This document shows positions 26,333 through 34,879 of a stretch of 53,429 bases of DNA, piece after piece. The translations under genes were made by a program, and so were the position numbers. The notes under the pieces were generated by a model. The model made no database searches. It was not told the origin of the DNA and worked only from the letters and a program-made list of their open reading frames with translations. Positions within the stretch are counted from its first letter, which is position 1, and each line of letters begins with the position of its first letter. This stretch comes from a virus. Its lineage: Duplodnaviria > Caudoviricetes. The DNA lies in IMG/VR virus record IMGVR_UViG_3300048599_000234, positions 1 to 53,429 of that record; one strand, 5' to 3'.

Positions 26333-26767
26333 ATGAGAATGCTGCTTGCCGCCGCGGCGATCGCGGCTGCGATCGTCGGCGCCCTGACGGGCTGCATCCG
26401 GCCGGCGGCCGCGCTGAGCGAGATCGGCGGCGGCCAGGCGCGCGTCTATACCGGGCTCGTCTGCGACCGGCCGGACCAGGTCGAGCGCTTCATGGCGCTG
26501 AACGGGCCCGACAATGCGGCCGCTGCGCTTGCGGTGGTGAATGCCGAGGCCGGCAAGGCCGACGCTTGCGTGATCACCACCTATTTCGCGCGACGGGAGG
26601 CGGTGGTCGGGCGGATCCAGCGGGACGGCGGCGTGCTCGGGATCCTGCGCATGAAGGTGGTCGCGGTGCGCAGCCCTTGCGGCCTGGTGCTGCTGGCCGA
26701 CCCAGCGCTGCTTTCCGAGCCCGTCACATGGTTCTCGATCGAGCCGCTGCCCGAAGCGGATTTGTAG
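26333..26767 (+). CDS. Hypothetical exported protein
   Basis: RBS GGAG; signal-peptide-like N-terminus. Confidence 0.65.
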   Translation: MRMLLAAAAIAAAIVGALTGCIRPAAALSEIGGGQARVYTGLVCDRPDQVERFMALNGPDNAAAALAVVNAEAGKADACVITTYFARREAVVGRIQRDGGVLGILRMKVVAVRSPCGLVLLADPALLSEPVTWFSIEPLPEADL

Positions 26768-26791
26768 TCAGCACCGGAAAGGAGGGCGGTC

Positions 26792-27064
26792 ATGGCCCTG
26801 CAGGAAGCCGTCCCGCACGAGGGCACGATCGTGATCGACAAGAAGGTCACCATTGCGACCGCCGTCACCATGATCGGACTGATCGCGGCCGCCGGCTTCG
26901 GCTACGCCATGCTGCTCGCGGACGTCTCGCAGCTCAAAGCCGCCTCGGCCCGCGACGTGCCGAAGCTTGCCGAGATTCACGATCGCACCGGCCGGATGGA
27001 AACCGACATCGCCTGGATCCGGGCGACGATCATGCAGGGCCTGCCGATCCGACCGCGCCCCTAG
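26792..27064 (+). CDS. Hypothetical single-TM coiled-coil protein
   Basis: RBS AGGAGG; TM segment followed by a coiled coil. Confidence 0.65.
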   Translation: MALQEAVPHEGTIVIDKKVTIATAVTMIGLIAAAGFGYAMLLADVSQLKAASARDVPKLAEIHDRTGRMETDIAWIRATIMQGLPIRPRP

Positions 27065-27088
27065 ATTTTCAGCACCTAAGAACTCATG

Positions 27089-27128
27089 CGCCCGCCGCAG
27101 GCCTTCGCGCCGGCGGCGGGCTTTTTTG
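27089..27128 (+). terminator. Late operon terminator
   Basis: GCCCGCCGC...GCGGCGGGC followed by TTTTTT. Confidence 0.8.
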
Positions 27129-27198
27129 CGTTCATGGTGGCTCCCTTCCACAGCATCTAGCGGCTTGCCGACCGCGCCCGCCTGCGCAGAATCCGGTC

Positions 27199-27636
27199 AT
27201 GTCTCACACCCTGGGTCCACGGCAACTCGCCGCCCGCGAGCGCGAATTCCAAAAACAGGCTCTGGCGAAGCGCGAGGCCGAGCAGAGGCAGGATCTGGAT
27301 CAGGCGCTCAATCTGGTCGCCGCCTTCAATTCCCGGATCGCCGCGAAGCGCAAGATCCTGCTGATCCCGACCATCGAATGCGCGCTGCTCGCCGGGCATC
27401 CCTGGCTGCACGTCGTCTGCCGGCGCTGCGAATGCGTCGGCGCGATCGATCTCAGTTTCCGAAAGAGCAACCCGAATCGGCCGGTGACTTCGGTGGTGCC
27501 GACATTCGAATGCGCGATGTGCGATGGCCGCCACCCGATTCCGCGCGTCCTGAAGCTCAGCCCGTATCACGAGCCCGGCCGGCCGATCGACCGCGACCGC
27601 CGGCCCGGCTGGCCGCGCGATCCGGGCTTACGATGA
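27199..27636 (+). CDS. Hypothetical Zn-ribbon protein
   Basis: PTIECALLAGHPWLHVVCRRC...CAMC (two CxxC). Confidence 0.65.
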   Translation: MSHTLGPRQLAAREREFQKQALAKREAEQRQDLDQALNLVAAFNSRIAAKRKILLIPTIECALLAGHPWLHVVCRRCECVGAIDLSFRKSNPNRPVTSVVPTFECAMCDGRHPIPRVLKLSPYHEPGRPIDRDRRPGWPRDPGLR

Positions 27637-28423
27637 TAAGTTCCTTGGCAGCCTTGGTCTGGTCTCCGCCGCTGACGGTGTAGCTGACCTGAACCGGCTC
27701 GCATGATGCCCAGGTAAAAAGCTTGCGGATCTGCGGCACGTCGTTGATCGTCATCACAAACCGGCCTTTCAATTTCTGCAGGCGGTCCGACAACTCGACG
27801 TATTCCTCGCGCTTGAACAGCGAGCGGCCGTAGTAATGCTCGGTGCCCCAATAGGGCGGGTCGAGATAGAACAGCGTGCCGGCGCGGTCCCAACGGTCAA
27901 GGAAGGCCTGCCAGGGCAGGCACTCGATCCAAACGCCGGCGAGTCTCTCGTGAGCCGCTTCAAGCATCGGCCCAAGCTTGGTGACGTCGAACCGTGCGGT
28001 GCCGGTGGTATTAATGCCGAAGCTGCGGCCCGCCACTTTGCCGCCGAAGGCGAGACGCTGCAGGTACAAGAACCGCGCTGCGCGCTCGAGGTCGGTCAGG
28101 ATTTCCGGATCCTGGTTAACAAGGCGTTCGAATTCGGCCCGAGAAGTGAGCTGCCACTTCAACATATCCATAAACGCCTGGTAGTGGCGCTGCAGGATCC
28201 GAAAGAACGTCGCGACGTCGCGGTTCAGATCGTTGATCGCCTCGACCTTTGGAATCCTCGTTCTACGCAGGAAAACTCCGCCCATTCCGACGAAAGCTTC
28301 GCAATAGGTCTGGTGCGGGTGCTGCTCAAGGGCGGCGATGACGTGGCGGGCGAGCTGCTTTTTACCGCCGACATAAGGCGCGATCGGACGCACGGCGCCG
28401 ATCTCGCGCATGACGATTCCCAT
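27557..28423 (-). CDS. dam: DNA adenine methyltransferase (D12/Dam class)
   Basis: PYVGGKK, EAFVGMGGV, INDLN and FYLDPPY motifs. Confidence 0.93.
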   Translation of the reverse strand: MGIVMREIGAVRPIAPYVGGKKQLARHVIAALEQHPHQTYCEAFVGMGGVFLRRTRIPKVEAINDLNRDVATFFRILQRHYQAFMDMLKWQLTSRAEFERLVNQDPEILTDLERAARFLYLQRLAFGGKVAGRSFGINTTGTARFDVTKLGPMLEAAHERLAGVWIECLPWQAFLDRWDRAGTLFYLDPPYWGTEHYYGRSLFKREEYVELSDRLQKLKGRFVMTINDVPQIRKLFTWASCEPVQVSYTVSGGDQTKAAKELIIVSPDRAASRAGGRGRSAGRARDTG

Positions 28424-28586
28424 TTTGTACGAAGCTCCACCAAAGCTAGGCTCGCACCGCGGCCTTCGGGCCGTGGCGGGCCGGCGTTAGCTTGCTCTCG
28501 TCGGGTGGGGAATTGCTGCCAAGCTGGCCCCATGGCCGGGAAACCGGCCCCCGTCTGCCTGCCTACGTGAAGCGGAGACGAAACTA

Positions 28587-28937
28587 CTACGCGGCGGCGT
28601 TGGCCGCCAGCCGATCGCGCAGCGCGTAACCCATCAGCGGCCAGAGCTGGCGGATGCAATCCTCGTAGGCGAGCTTCCTGCCGAGCTCGGCATTGAAGTT
28701 CTGTGCCGAGGCCGGCGCCGACTTGCCGATGACGGTGAAGCCGTTCTTCATCACCAGGATGCAGATCGACAGCAGGCGCAGCTGATCGAAGATCTTGATC
28801 GTTCCGCCCTGTTCGACCACGGCGTCTTCGCCGGTGGTGTCGTAGCGCGCCGCGATCGCGCCCTCGATGTCGGCGAGCGAGACCCGCGGCGCGACCGCAA
28901 AAGCGGCTGCCTCGGCGTCGGATGCTTGCAGGCTCAT
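28587..28937 (-). CDS. N4 gp49/Sf6 gp66 family protein
   Basis: APRVSLADIE...ICILVMKNGFTVIGKSAPASAQNFNAELGRKLAYEDCIRQLWPLMGYAL. Confidence 0.85.
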   Translation of the reverse strand: MSLQASDAEAAAFAVAPRVSLADIEGAIAARYDTTGEDAVVEQGGTIKIFDQLRLLSICILVMKNGFTVIGKSAPASAQNFNAELGRKLAYEDCIRQLWPLMGYALRDRLAANAAA

Positions 28938-29311
28938 GCCGGCACCGGGGGTGCCGGAGCGGGCACGGGCTCGGCGTTGGCGCCCGGCACCGGCGGCGAT
29001 TGCGGTTGCGGCGCGGGCGCAAGCTTGGGCTGCTCGGCGAGCTTTTTCTCCAGCTCCTCGGTCTTGGCCGCCTGCCCGACCTGGTAGGGCATCCAACGCG
29101 CGAAGCCGCGATCCGCCGGAACGCCTTCACCCTCCTGCACCAGCGTCACTTTGGTGCGGCCAAACACGGCGCCGCCCTTGGAGAAAACCCCCAAATTGAC
29201 GCTGCCGTCGAGATTGACCGCGGCCAGGATCGCGGCGAGCGGGCCCTGGCCTTGATGTTCTTCCGGATGCGGGAAGTACCACAGGTTGCGAGCGACACTG
29301 GGCTGGATCAT
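28934..29311 (-). CDS. Conserved-type hypothetical phage protein
   Basis: MIQPSVARNLWYFP...PLAAI...VNLGVF...WMPYQ; ATGA-coupled on both sides. Confidence 0.72.
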   Translation of the reverse strand: MIQPSVARNLWYFPHPEEHQGQGPLAAILAAVNLDGSVNLGVFSKGGAVFGRTKVTLVQEGEGVPADRGFARWMPYQVGQAAKTEELEKKLAEQPKLAPAPQPQSPPVPGANAEPVPAPAPPVPA

Positions 29312-29676
29312 GCTGCGGCTCCGGAGGCGAGGGATCGAACGATGGCGAGGAAGATGTGGTCCTTGGCCTTCTGCGCAGGCGGCAGCTCGTCGTAGGGCAC
29401 GAAGCACGGATGCTGCTTGCGCGCCGGGTCTTTCACCGGCCCATAGACCCAGCCCTCGGCGCGCTTTTGCGCGAGCCAGCTGTCGTGACTGTCGGACGGC
29501 ATCGCGTCCGGGTTGTCGAGCGCGAAGTTCACGCCAGCGATCGCGCTGTCCTTCTGCCAGTCCGGCGCCTGCTCCCACGCCGGTTGCGAATGGTCGCCCT
29601 GCGAAAGGCAATAGGCGCGGTTGACCTCGTGGCAGACCCGCGCGATCGCGACGGTGGCGGAGTGGTTGTTGGCCAT
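29308..29676 (-). CDS. RyR-domain protein
   Basis: IARVCHEVNRAYC...SHDSW..K..EGWVYGPVKD...HPCFVPYDELP..QKAKD. Confidence 0.85.
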   Translation of the reverse strand: MANNHSATVAIARVCHEVNRAYCLSQGDHSQPAWEQAPDWQKDSAIAGVNFALDNPDAMPSDSHDSWLAQKRAEGWVYGPVKDPARKQHPCFVPYDELPPAQKAKDHIFLAIVRSLASGAAA

Positions 29677-29678
29677 GG

Positions 29679-30050
29679 CTAGAGCACCTTGACGGTAACG
29701 CGGCCGCTGAAGGCGTTCGACCATTGCGGTTCGACCTTGATCAGGCCGTCCGCCATGAGCCTCTTCTGATCGCCCTTCTTCAGCGCGTTCCAGGCTTCCG
29801 GCACGACTTCCGGCACCTCGCCCTTGTAGGTCTTCGGCTTCGGCGGGGAGACCGAGACATTGCCGTCGGCGCCGAAGTCCTCGCGAAAGCTATCGCCGCA
29901 TTCGCCGGCGAGTTGCTTGAGCTCGGCCTCGAGCTTGTCGATCTTCAGAAAGTCGGCGGCCAGCTTGCGATGGATCGCGAGCAGATCCTCAGCGGCCTTG
30001 CGCCGTTTCTTCACGAGCGCCGGCGCCGGCGCGGCTTTGGCTGTGGTCAT
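29679..30050 (-). CDS. Hypothetical protein
   Basis: 123-aa ORF, first gene of the cluster. Confidence 0.65.
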   Translation of the reverse strand: MTTAKAAPAPALVKKRRKAAEDLLAIHRKLAADFLKIDKLEAELKQLAGECGDSFREDFGADGNVSVSPPKPKTYKGEVPEVVPEAWNALKKGDQKRLMADGLIKVEPQWSNAFSGRVTVKVL

Positions 30051-30260
30051 GGGCCGGGAGCATCCGCCGGCGCGGTTAAAAAAGATTCAAGTGGCGCCGT
30101 TGCGGCAGTTTTTGCCTATCAATAGGACAGGCGCTGTCGGATCGCTGCCTCGTTGTATCGCCGGTAGAGATCGCAGGCGACGGCGCGATCGATTTTTACG
30201 GTCTGCGTCTGCATGGTTGCTCCTAGTTGGTTTTGAACGCTGCACTCGGAATCGGGTGGG

Positions 30261-31025
30261 TCATGTAAGCTGTCCCAGTTCGGGAAATTTCTTTGAAAAC
30301 CATTCTGGATGTCGGATATGGCCGGGCTCGGCGCCCATCACGAGCGCGATGCGGTTGCCGGTAGCCACCAGCGCATCGGCGCGCCAGCCAAAGAAAAACA
30401 CGCGCTTGCGCCGCTGAGGGACGCCAAAATTCGCCGCATTAAGAATGTCCCATTGCACGTCGTAGCCGACGGCGCACAGGTCGCGGCAGATCTGTCGCAT
30501 GATCTTGCCCTTCGCCATGCTGACGAGGCCCGGCACGTTTTCGAGGACGAAACATCGTGGCAATGCCTCCCCGATAATGCGCACACATTCTCTGTAGAGA
30601 CGGTTGCGGGGATCGCTGATCATGCTCTTGCCGGCCGTCGAGAAGCCCTGGCACGGAAAGCCACCCTCAAGCGCATCGGCCTCGCCGACTTTGAGATCCG
30701 CGGCTTCCAATATCCGCGCGGTGCTGAGCTGCGTTATGTCTTCCGACAGAATCGCGGGATCGCGGCGTTGGTGCCAAGAGCGGCGACCCTTTTTCCCGCG
30801 AGGCTTGATCCAGTTAAGTGCGAGCGTTTGGCAGCATGCCTTGTCCCGCTCGACGAAGACGCGGACCTCGAAGCCCGCTTGTCGCATGCCGAGCGCGCAG
30901 CCTCCGCAACCTGAAAATAGCGAGATCAGCGTCGGGGCGCGCCGGCGACGCCTTCGAAGCTCCATTTCATGGATGGAATAAAGATATTTTGGCGCTGTTG
31001 TCGCCTGCAGCGGCGCGACATTCAT
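30261..31025 (-). CDS. dcm: C5 cytosine methyltransferase, lacking C-terminal motifs IX/X
   Basis: FSGCGG (I), GFPCQ (IV), ENV (VI) and QRRKR (VIII) are present; the ORF ends about 35 aa after motif VIII. Confidence 0.8.
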   Translation of the reverse strand: MNVAPLQATTAPKYLYSIHEMELRRRRRRAPTLISLFSGCGGCALGMRQAGFEVRVFVERDKACCQTLALNWIKPRGKKGRRSWHQRRDPAILSEDITQLSTARILEAADLKVGEADALEGGFPCQGFSTAGKSMISDPRNRLYRECVRIIGEALPRCFVLENVPGLVSMAKGKIMRQICRDLCAVGYDVQWDILNAANFGVPQRRKRVFFFGWRADALVATGNRIALVMGAEPGHIRHPEWFSKKFPELGQLT

Positions 31026-31336
31026 GCCGCGTCTCCGCCGTCGACCGGCCACACGGCCTGGTGCAGCGGCTCGTTGGGCTTGCCGTGATAGGCGAGCTCG
31101 AGCTCGCCATCCTTCGGCCATTGGAGCGCGACGGCCCTGCCGGTCAGCACAAAGGCGGCCGCGCAGATCCGCGCGCGCAGGCCCATCGACCAGGGCCGCG
31201 GCTCGCCCATGGAGCGCACCCAGACCGGAATGTAGCCGCCGCTCGTTGTCGGCAGCAGGACTTCGGTGGTTTTACCGTGAGGCTGGGGCACCACATCGCT
31301 GATGTGGTGCAGGAACCAGCGGCGGGTGAGGGTCAT
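31022..31336 (-). CDS. Hypothetical protein
   Basis: ATGA-coupled on both sides. Confidence 0.65.
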   Translation of the reverse strand: MTLTRRWFLHHISDVVPQPHGKTTEVLLPTTSGGYIPVWVRSMGEPRPWSMGLRARICAAAFVLTGRAVALQWPKDGELELAYHGKPNEPLHQAVWPVDGGDAA

Positions 31337-31641
31337 GCCGGCACCGCGAAGCTGCAGGTCCAAGAGTGATGCCGGCCACAGCCAGGGCACGGCCAGGAAT
31401 TGCAGCTGTTACCGGAAGGGTCGAAGCAGTACCCGTAGCAGCAGGTTACGGCGCGGCGATCTGCCGTCAGATGCCCGCAGCCGCTGCATTGAGCGACGAA
31501 CTTCGGTCTGCCAGAATCGCAGGGCCGATTTGCCGGGGCCGCCGCAGGTTTCGGGGCTTTGTCAGAATCGCATTCAACGATTCCAACGGGGTGGGCAAGG
31601 TTCGAATCCTTGTGCGCCCACCACGCAAGCTGCTGATTCAT
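31333..31641 (-). CDS. Cys-rich protein whose gene crosses attP
   Basis: RBS AGAAAGGAAG before GTG-ATG; CSGC and CPGC motifs; stop overlaps the next start. Confidence 0.55.
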   Translation of the reverse strand: MNQQLAWWAHKDSNLAHPVGIVECDSDKAPKPAAAPANRPCDSGRPKFVAQCSGCGHLTADRRAVTCCYGYCFDPSGNSCNSWPCPGCGRHHSWTCSFAVPA

Positions 31642-31678
31642 CACAACTTCCTTTCTGCGATTCTGACGTGATTCTGAC
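31512..31678. repeat. Integrase arm-type sites flanking the attP core
   Basis: CAGAATCGCA at 31512 and 31563; inverted TGCGATTCTGAC at 31656 and GTGATTCTGAC at 31668. Confidence 0.72.
31596..31623 (+). other. attP core: 3' end of a tRNA (T-arm, acceptor strand, CCA), probably tRNA-Lys
   Basis: CAAGGTTCGAATCCTTGTGCGCCCACCA, 64 bp from the integrase stop; no tRNA 5' half upstream. The isotype is from memory of rhizobial tRNA-Lys. Confidence 0.85.
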
Positions 31679-31687
31679 ACGCGGTTC

Positions 31688-33040
31688 TTACGCTGTTCCG
31701 CCGTCGTCGCCAGCCGTCTTGCGCAGCTCGCGCTTGGCATCGGCGACCAGGTCGTTCTTCTTCGAACCGCGCCGGCGAATGTAGCTGACGGTGGTCTCCG
31801 TCCTGGTGTGGTTCAGCGAGTCGCGGATCAATTCGATCGGCACGCCGGCATTCTCCGCCTCGGTCGCTGCGCCCGGCCGCGCGTCCCGGTTCCAGACTTC
31901 CTTCGGGATCCCGGCAGCGTCGGCGATGCGCCGGAACCAGCGCGAATATTGCGCGCGCAGGATCGGCAGGCCGCCTTCGCCCTTCACGATCGGACCCTTG
32001 CGCTCGTCATGCGGCACCGCCTCGAGCAGCGGCATCAGCAGGTCGTACTTCGTCAGGTCGAACTCCGCCGGCGACTTGTATTTCGATTTCGACGTGCGCG
32101 TGCGCCAGCGCCAGCCCGGGATGTTCTCCCAGGTGTAATAACCGGCCCAGATCTTGGTGCCGATGCGGATCTGGGGAATGTCGGCGCGCAGCTTCGGCGC
32201 CGGCACCATCGGGTGGTAGTCGCCGATGATGTCGAGCTGGCGGACGCCGAACTCGAATTGCGAGGCGACGCCGATCGCGAGGTAGCGCGCGCGGTCGGCC
32301 GGGATCGCGCCCTTGGCGCCGAGCTCGCCGGCCGTGCGGATGAAATCGCGCGCCATCGCATAGGTCATTTCAAGTTCGCGGGAGCCGCGACGCTCGAACG
32401 TGACCAGCTTCAGCTCCTCGACCAGCTGATGGCAGTCCTTCTTGCGAAGCGCCGCCATGAAGCGCAGCACGGTGCGCAGCATCGCGATCCCGTCATGCGC
32501 GCGGTCGATGCGTTCAGCTCCGAAAATCGCCGCGCCGGCGCCGTCGCGGCCGATGATGGCGGGCTTGCGCCATTCGCGATACCATCGCTTGCAATCGACG
32601 ATGGTGCAGTTCTTGACGACGCGGGTGCCGATCGTCTTGATGATCAGGCGCAGCGAGACCAGATAGGTATCGCGCGTCGAATGCTTGACGGTGTGGAAGT
32701 CCGAATCCGGGTGTTCCTGATAGATCCTGCAGGCGCTGCCGATGGTGCCGTCATAGATCGTGATGACCGGCAACAGCCCGTCGGCCTGGTGCGCCTTCTT
32801 CCGGTCCTCGATCCAGTCGAACAGGCGGGCGCTGTGCTCCTGGCACAGCCGGTCGATTTCAGCGTCGCTTGCGCCGGTCGGCAAGGCGATGCACGGATCC
32901 GGAAAGCCCAGCGTCTCCCGGACCACGTTCTTCGCGATCCAGTAGCGGAGATTGTTGCGGCCGATCTTGTGTCCTGGCCTTGCGCCCCGGGGCGGCATCG
33001 AAGTCTTCTTGCCCATCTTCGGCGGTTGCGGTCGGCTCAT
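31688..33040 (-). CDS. int: Tyrosine integrase
   Basis: FGVRQLDII (R), KSK, WNRDAR, LNH...TVSY; adjacent to attP; start uncertain (32998-33100). Confidence 0.88.
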   Translation of the reverse strand: MSRPQPPKMGKKTSMPPRGARPGHKIGRNNLRYWIAKNVVRETLGFPDPCIALPTGASDAEIDRLCQEHSARLFDWIEDRKKAHQADGLLPVITIYDGTIGSACRIYQEHPDSDFHTVKHSTRDTYLVSLRLIIKTIGTRVVKNCTIVDCKRWYREWRKPAIIGRDGAGAAIFGAERIDRAHDGIAMLRTVLRFMAALRKKDCHQLVEELKLVTFERRGSRELEMTYAMARDFIRTAGELGAKGAIPADRARYLAIGVASQFEFGVRQLDIIGDYHPMVPAPKLRADIPQIRIGTKIWAGYYTWENIPGWRWRTRTSKSKYKSPAEFDLTKYDLLMPLLEAVPHDERKGPIVKGEGGLPILRAQYSRWFRRIADAAGIPKEVWNRDARPGAATEAENAGVPIELIRDSLNHTRTETTVSYIRRRGSKKNDLVADAKRELRKTAGDDGGTA

Positions 33041-33302
33041 TTGCGGCCATCCCCTCGGCATCGTCCAGCCAGGCCTTGCATTTTGGCCAATAACGCCCAC
33101 GCCACAACGAGTTCACCTGTGGAAAGCCCTTCGGCTCCTGACTTTTCAGCGCCGCACTGAAGCTGTCGCGGCCCATATGCGGCGCGACCAGCTGGTGCAG
33201 CGTCTTGTCGTCGACATAGGCCGGCATGGCGCCAGCGGCGGTCGAGAGCCGGCCGATCGCGGCGCGCAGGTCGGCGAGCAACTCGCGAAGGTCAGCCGAC
33301 AC
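32859..33302 (-). CDS. xis: Excisionase-like protein overlapping int
   Basis: KGFPQ...WRGRYWPKCKAWLD motif; directly upstream of the integrase. Confidence 0.65.
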   Translation of the reverse strand: MSADLRELLADLRAAIGRLSTAAGAMPAYVDDKTLHQLVAPHMGRDSFSAALKSQEPKGFPQVNSLWRGRYWPKCKAWLDDAEGMAANEPTATAEDGQEDFDAAPGRKARTQDRPQQSPLLDREERGPGDAGLSGSVHRLADRRKRR

Positions 33303-33678
33303 GGGCGCCTCCCGCAGCCTCGATCGCGTCCTCCTCGGGCACCGGAACCTCGAACGGCGCTTCGCCCGGCTTCAGCGGGAGGTTGGCGGCGCGGCAGATA
33401 TGCATGGCGCCGGCGCGCGAATAGCGGCCCGCCTCGGCAATGTTCTTCGTGTAGCCACGGTAGCCATGCAGCGCGGGACGCAACCAGGCGCGATGCTCGC
33501 TCGACCAGACGAGATAGCTCCGGTCGGCGCTGCCATCGACATGCGCCTGGATCGCCTGGTCGAGCGCGTTCGCGCTCGAATGCGCCAGATCCGGCGCGCC
33601 GTTGCCATTGGCGTAGCTTTTCAGCGCATGCGAAGCGCCGACCGCCGCCTTGATCAGGTTGGACACGGTGGCGGTCAC
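33292..33678 (-). CDS. Hypothetical protein
   Basis: YLVWSSEHRAW...GYT...EAGRYSR motif; GTGA-coupled. Confidence 0.65.
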   Translation of the reverse strand: MTATVSNLIKAAVGASHALKSYANGNGAPDLAHSSANALDQAIQAHVDGSADRSYLVWSSEHRAWLRPALHGYRGYTKNIAEAGRYSRAGAMHICRAANLPLKPGEAPFEVPVPEEDAIEAAGGARVG

Positions 33679-33929
33679 AGGATCAGCCTCAGCGGAATCG
33701 CCTCGACGCTCGGGCGCATATCGGCCTGGCGCCGCAGCTGCTCGTCGAAGGCGCGCGTCAGCCGGTCGATCTCCGGATGGGATTTGGAGATTTCCGGCGC
33801 GATGCGGGTGATGAAGGCCTGCACCGGAATGCCGTCCTCGGTCGCGCCCTGCCAGACCCGCGCCGGCACCGCCGTGCCGTTGACGATCAGCTCGACGATC
33901 TTGTCGGTGTTTTCGAGCGTGATCTTCAT
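33675..33929 (-). CDS. Hypothetical protein
   Basis: MKITLENT...VPARVWQG.TEDGIPV; ATGA-coupled. Confidence 0.68.
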   Translation of the reverse strand: MKITLENTDKIVELIVNGTAVPARVWQGATEDGIPVQAFITRIAPEISKSHPEIDRLTRAFDEQLRRQADMRPSVEAIPLRLIL

Positions 33930-34402
33930 GCGACGATCCTTTCCGGGTAATTCCAGAAGCCCTGAAAGCCGCGGATCGGCACAGGCTCGCGGAACGGCGA
34001 CACATGAAAAAGCGGCCATGCCCAATTGAAATCGCCGCGATCGCTGTCCTCGACTTTCATCTTGAACAGATCGCAAGCGAGCAGCGGCTCGCCGAGGCAG
34101 GCCGTGCCGAGCGCGGCAGCGAGCGGGAGGAGGCGATACTTGTGCGCCGCGCGAACGCGCAGCAGGAGAGTGCGCGCTTTCTCGGCGTCAAGTCCGGTCT
34201 GCGGGTCACACCTATCAATCCGGCGCAGCAGGTCCTCGACTTCAGCGGGCTTCACCGACCGGGCGCCAGCGTGGATCACAATCTTCTCGCCGAGGCCTGG
34301 CGCATTCGAGTAGGCCGTAAAGGGCTTGGGCCGAAACTCGTTGGGCTTCGCACCAACCATGATCAGCGAGGCCCAGGGTTGCCAGATTGTGATCGCCCGC
34401 AT
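33926..34402 (-). CDS. ASCH-domain protein
   Basis: MRAITIWQPWASLI..GAK..EFR, IVIHAG, PIRGFQGFW. Confidence 0.8.
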   Translation of the reverse strand: MRAITIWQPWASLIMVGAKPNEFRPKPFTAYSNAPGLGEKIVIHAGARSVKPAEVEDLLRRIDRCDPQTGLDAEKARTLLLRVRAAHKYRLLPLAAALGTACLGEPLLACDLFKMKVEDSDRGDFNWAWPLFHVSPFREPVPIRGFQGFWNYPERIVA

Positions 34403-34873
34403 CACGCCGCCTCGTCGTGGAAGCGCGCGCCGCAGGCGACGCAATAGGAATTGAGCTGGTCGGTGTAGAGCCGCCTGGCGTGCGCGCACCGGCGCCGAGC
34501 CGCTGAGGCCCTGCGCGATCGAGACCAGGGCGCCGCGCTGTTGCGGTCGCTCGATGGCGAGGAAGGCTTCGGCCAACGCAAGCCCTTGCGCGGTGCCGAG
34601 CATTTCGGTGACAAGATCGCGCGCGTCGCCGGTTTGCGATTCCTCGGTGGCGCCGTCGAAGAACCAGGACACCGGCCGCTTGAAGGTGGCGGCGATCTGC
34701 ACCATCCGGCTCGAGCCGATCCGGTTCACACCCTTTTCGTATTTCTGCACCTGCTGGAAGGTGACGCCGAGTTTCTCGCCGAGCTTCTCCTGGCTCATAT
34801 TGGCGAGCGTGCGCGCGAGCCGCACGCGGGCGCCGACGAATTTGTCGACTTGTTGGGGGCCGGTTCTGGTCAT
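34403..34873 (-). CDS. XRE-family HTH regulator, reads in frame into the ASCH gene
   Basis: DKFVGARVRLAR...MSQEKLGEKLGVTFQQVQKYEKGVNRI; no stop before the ASCH ATG. Confidence 0.8.
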
Positions 34874-34879
34874 GACGCT

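Noticed and set aside
31596-31623. Functional tRNA gene
   Set aside because: Only the 3' 28 nt are present, with no D or anticodon arm; this is the att core.
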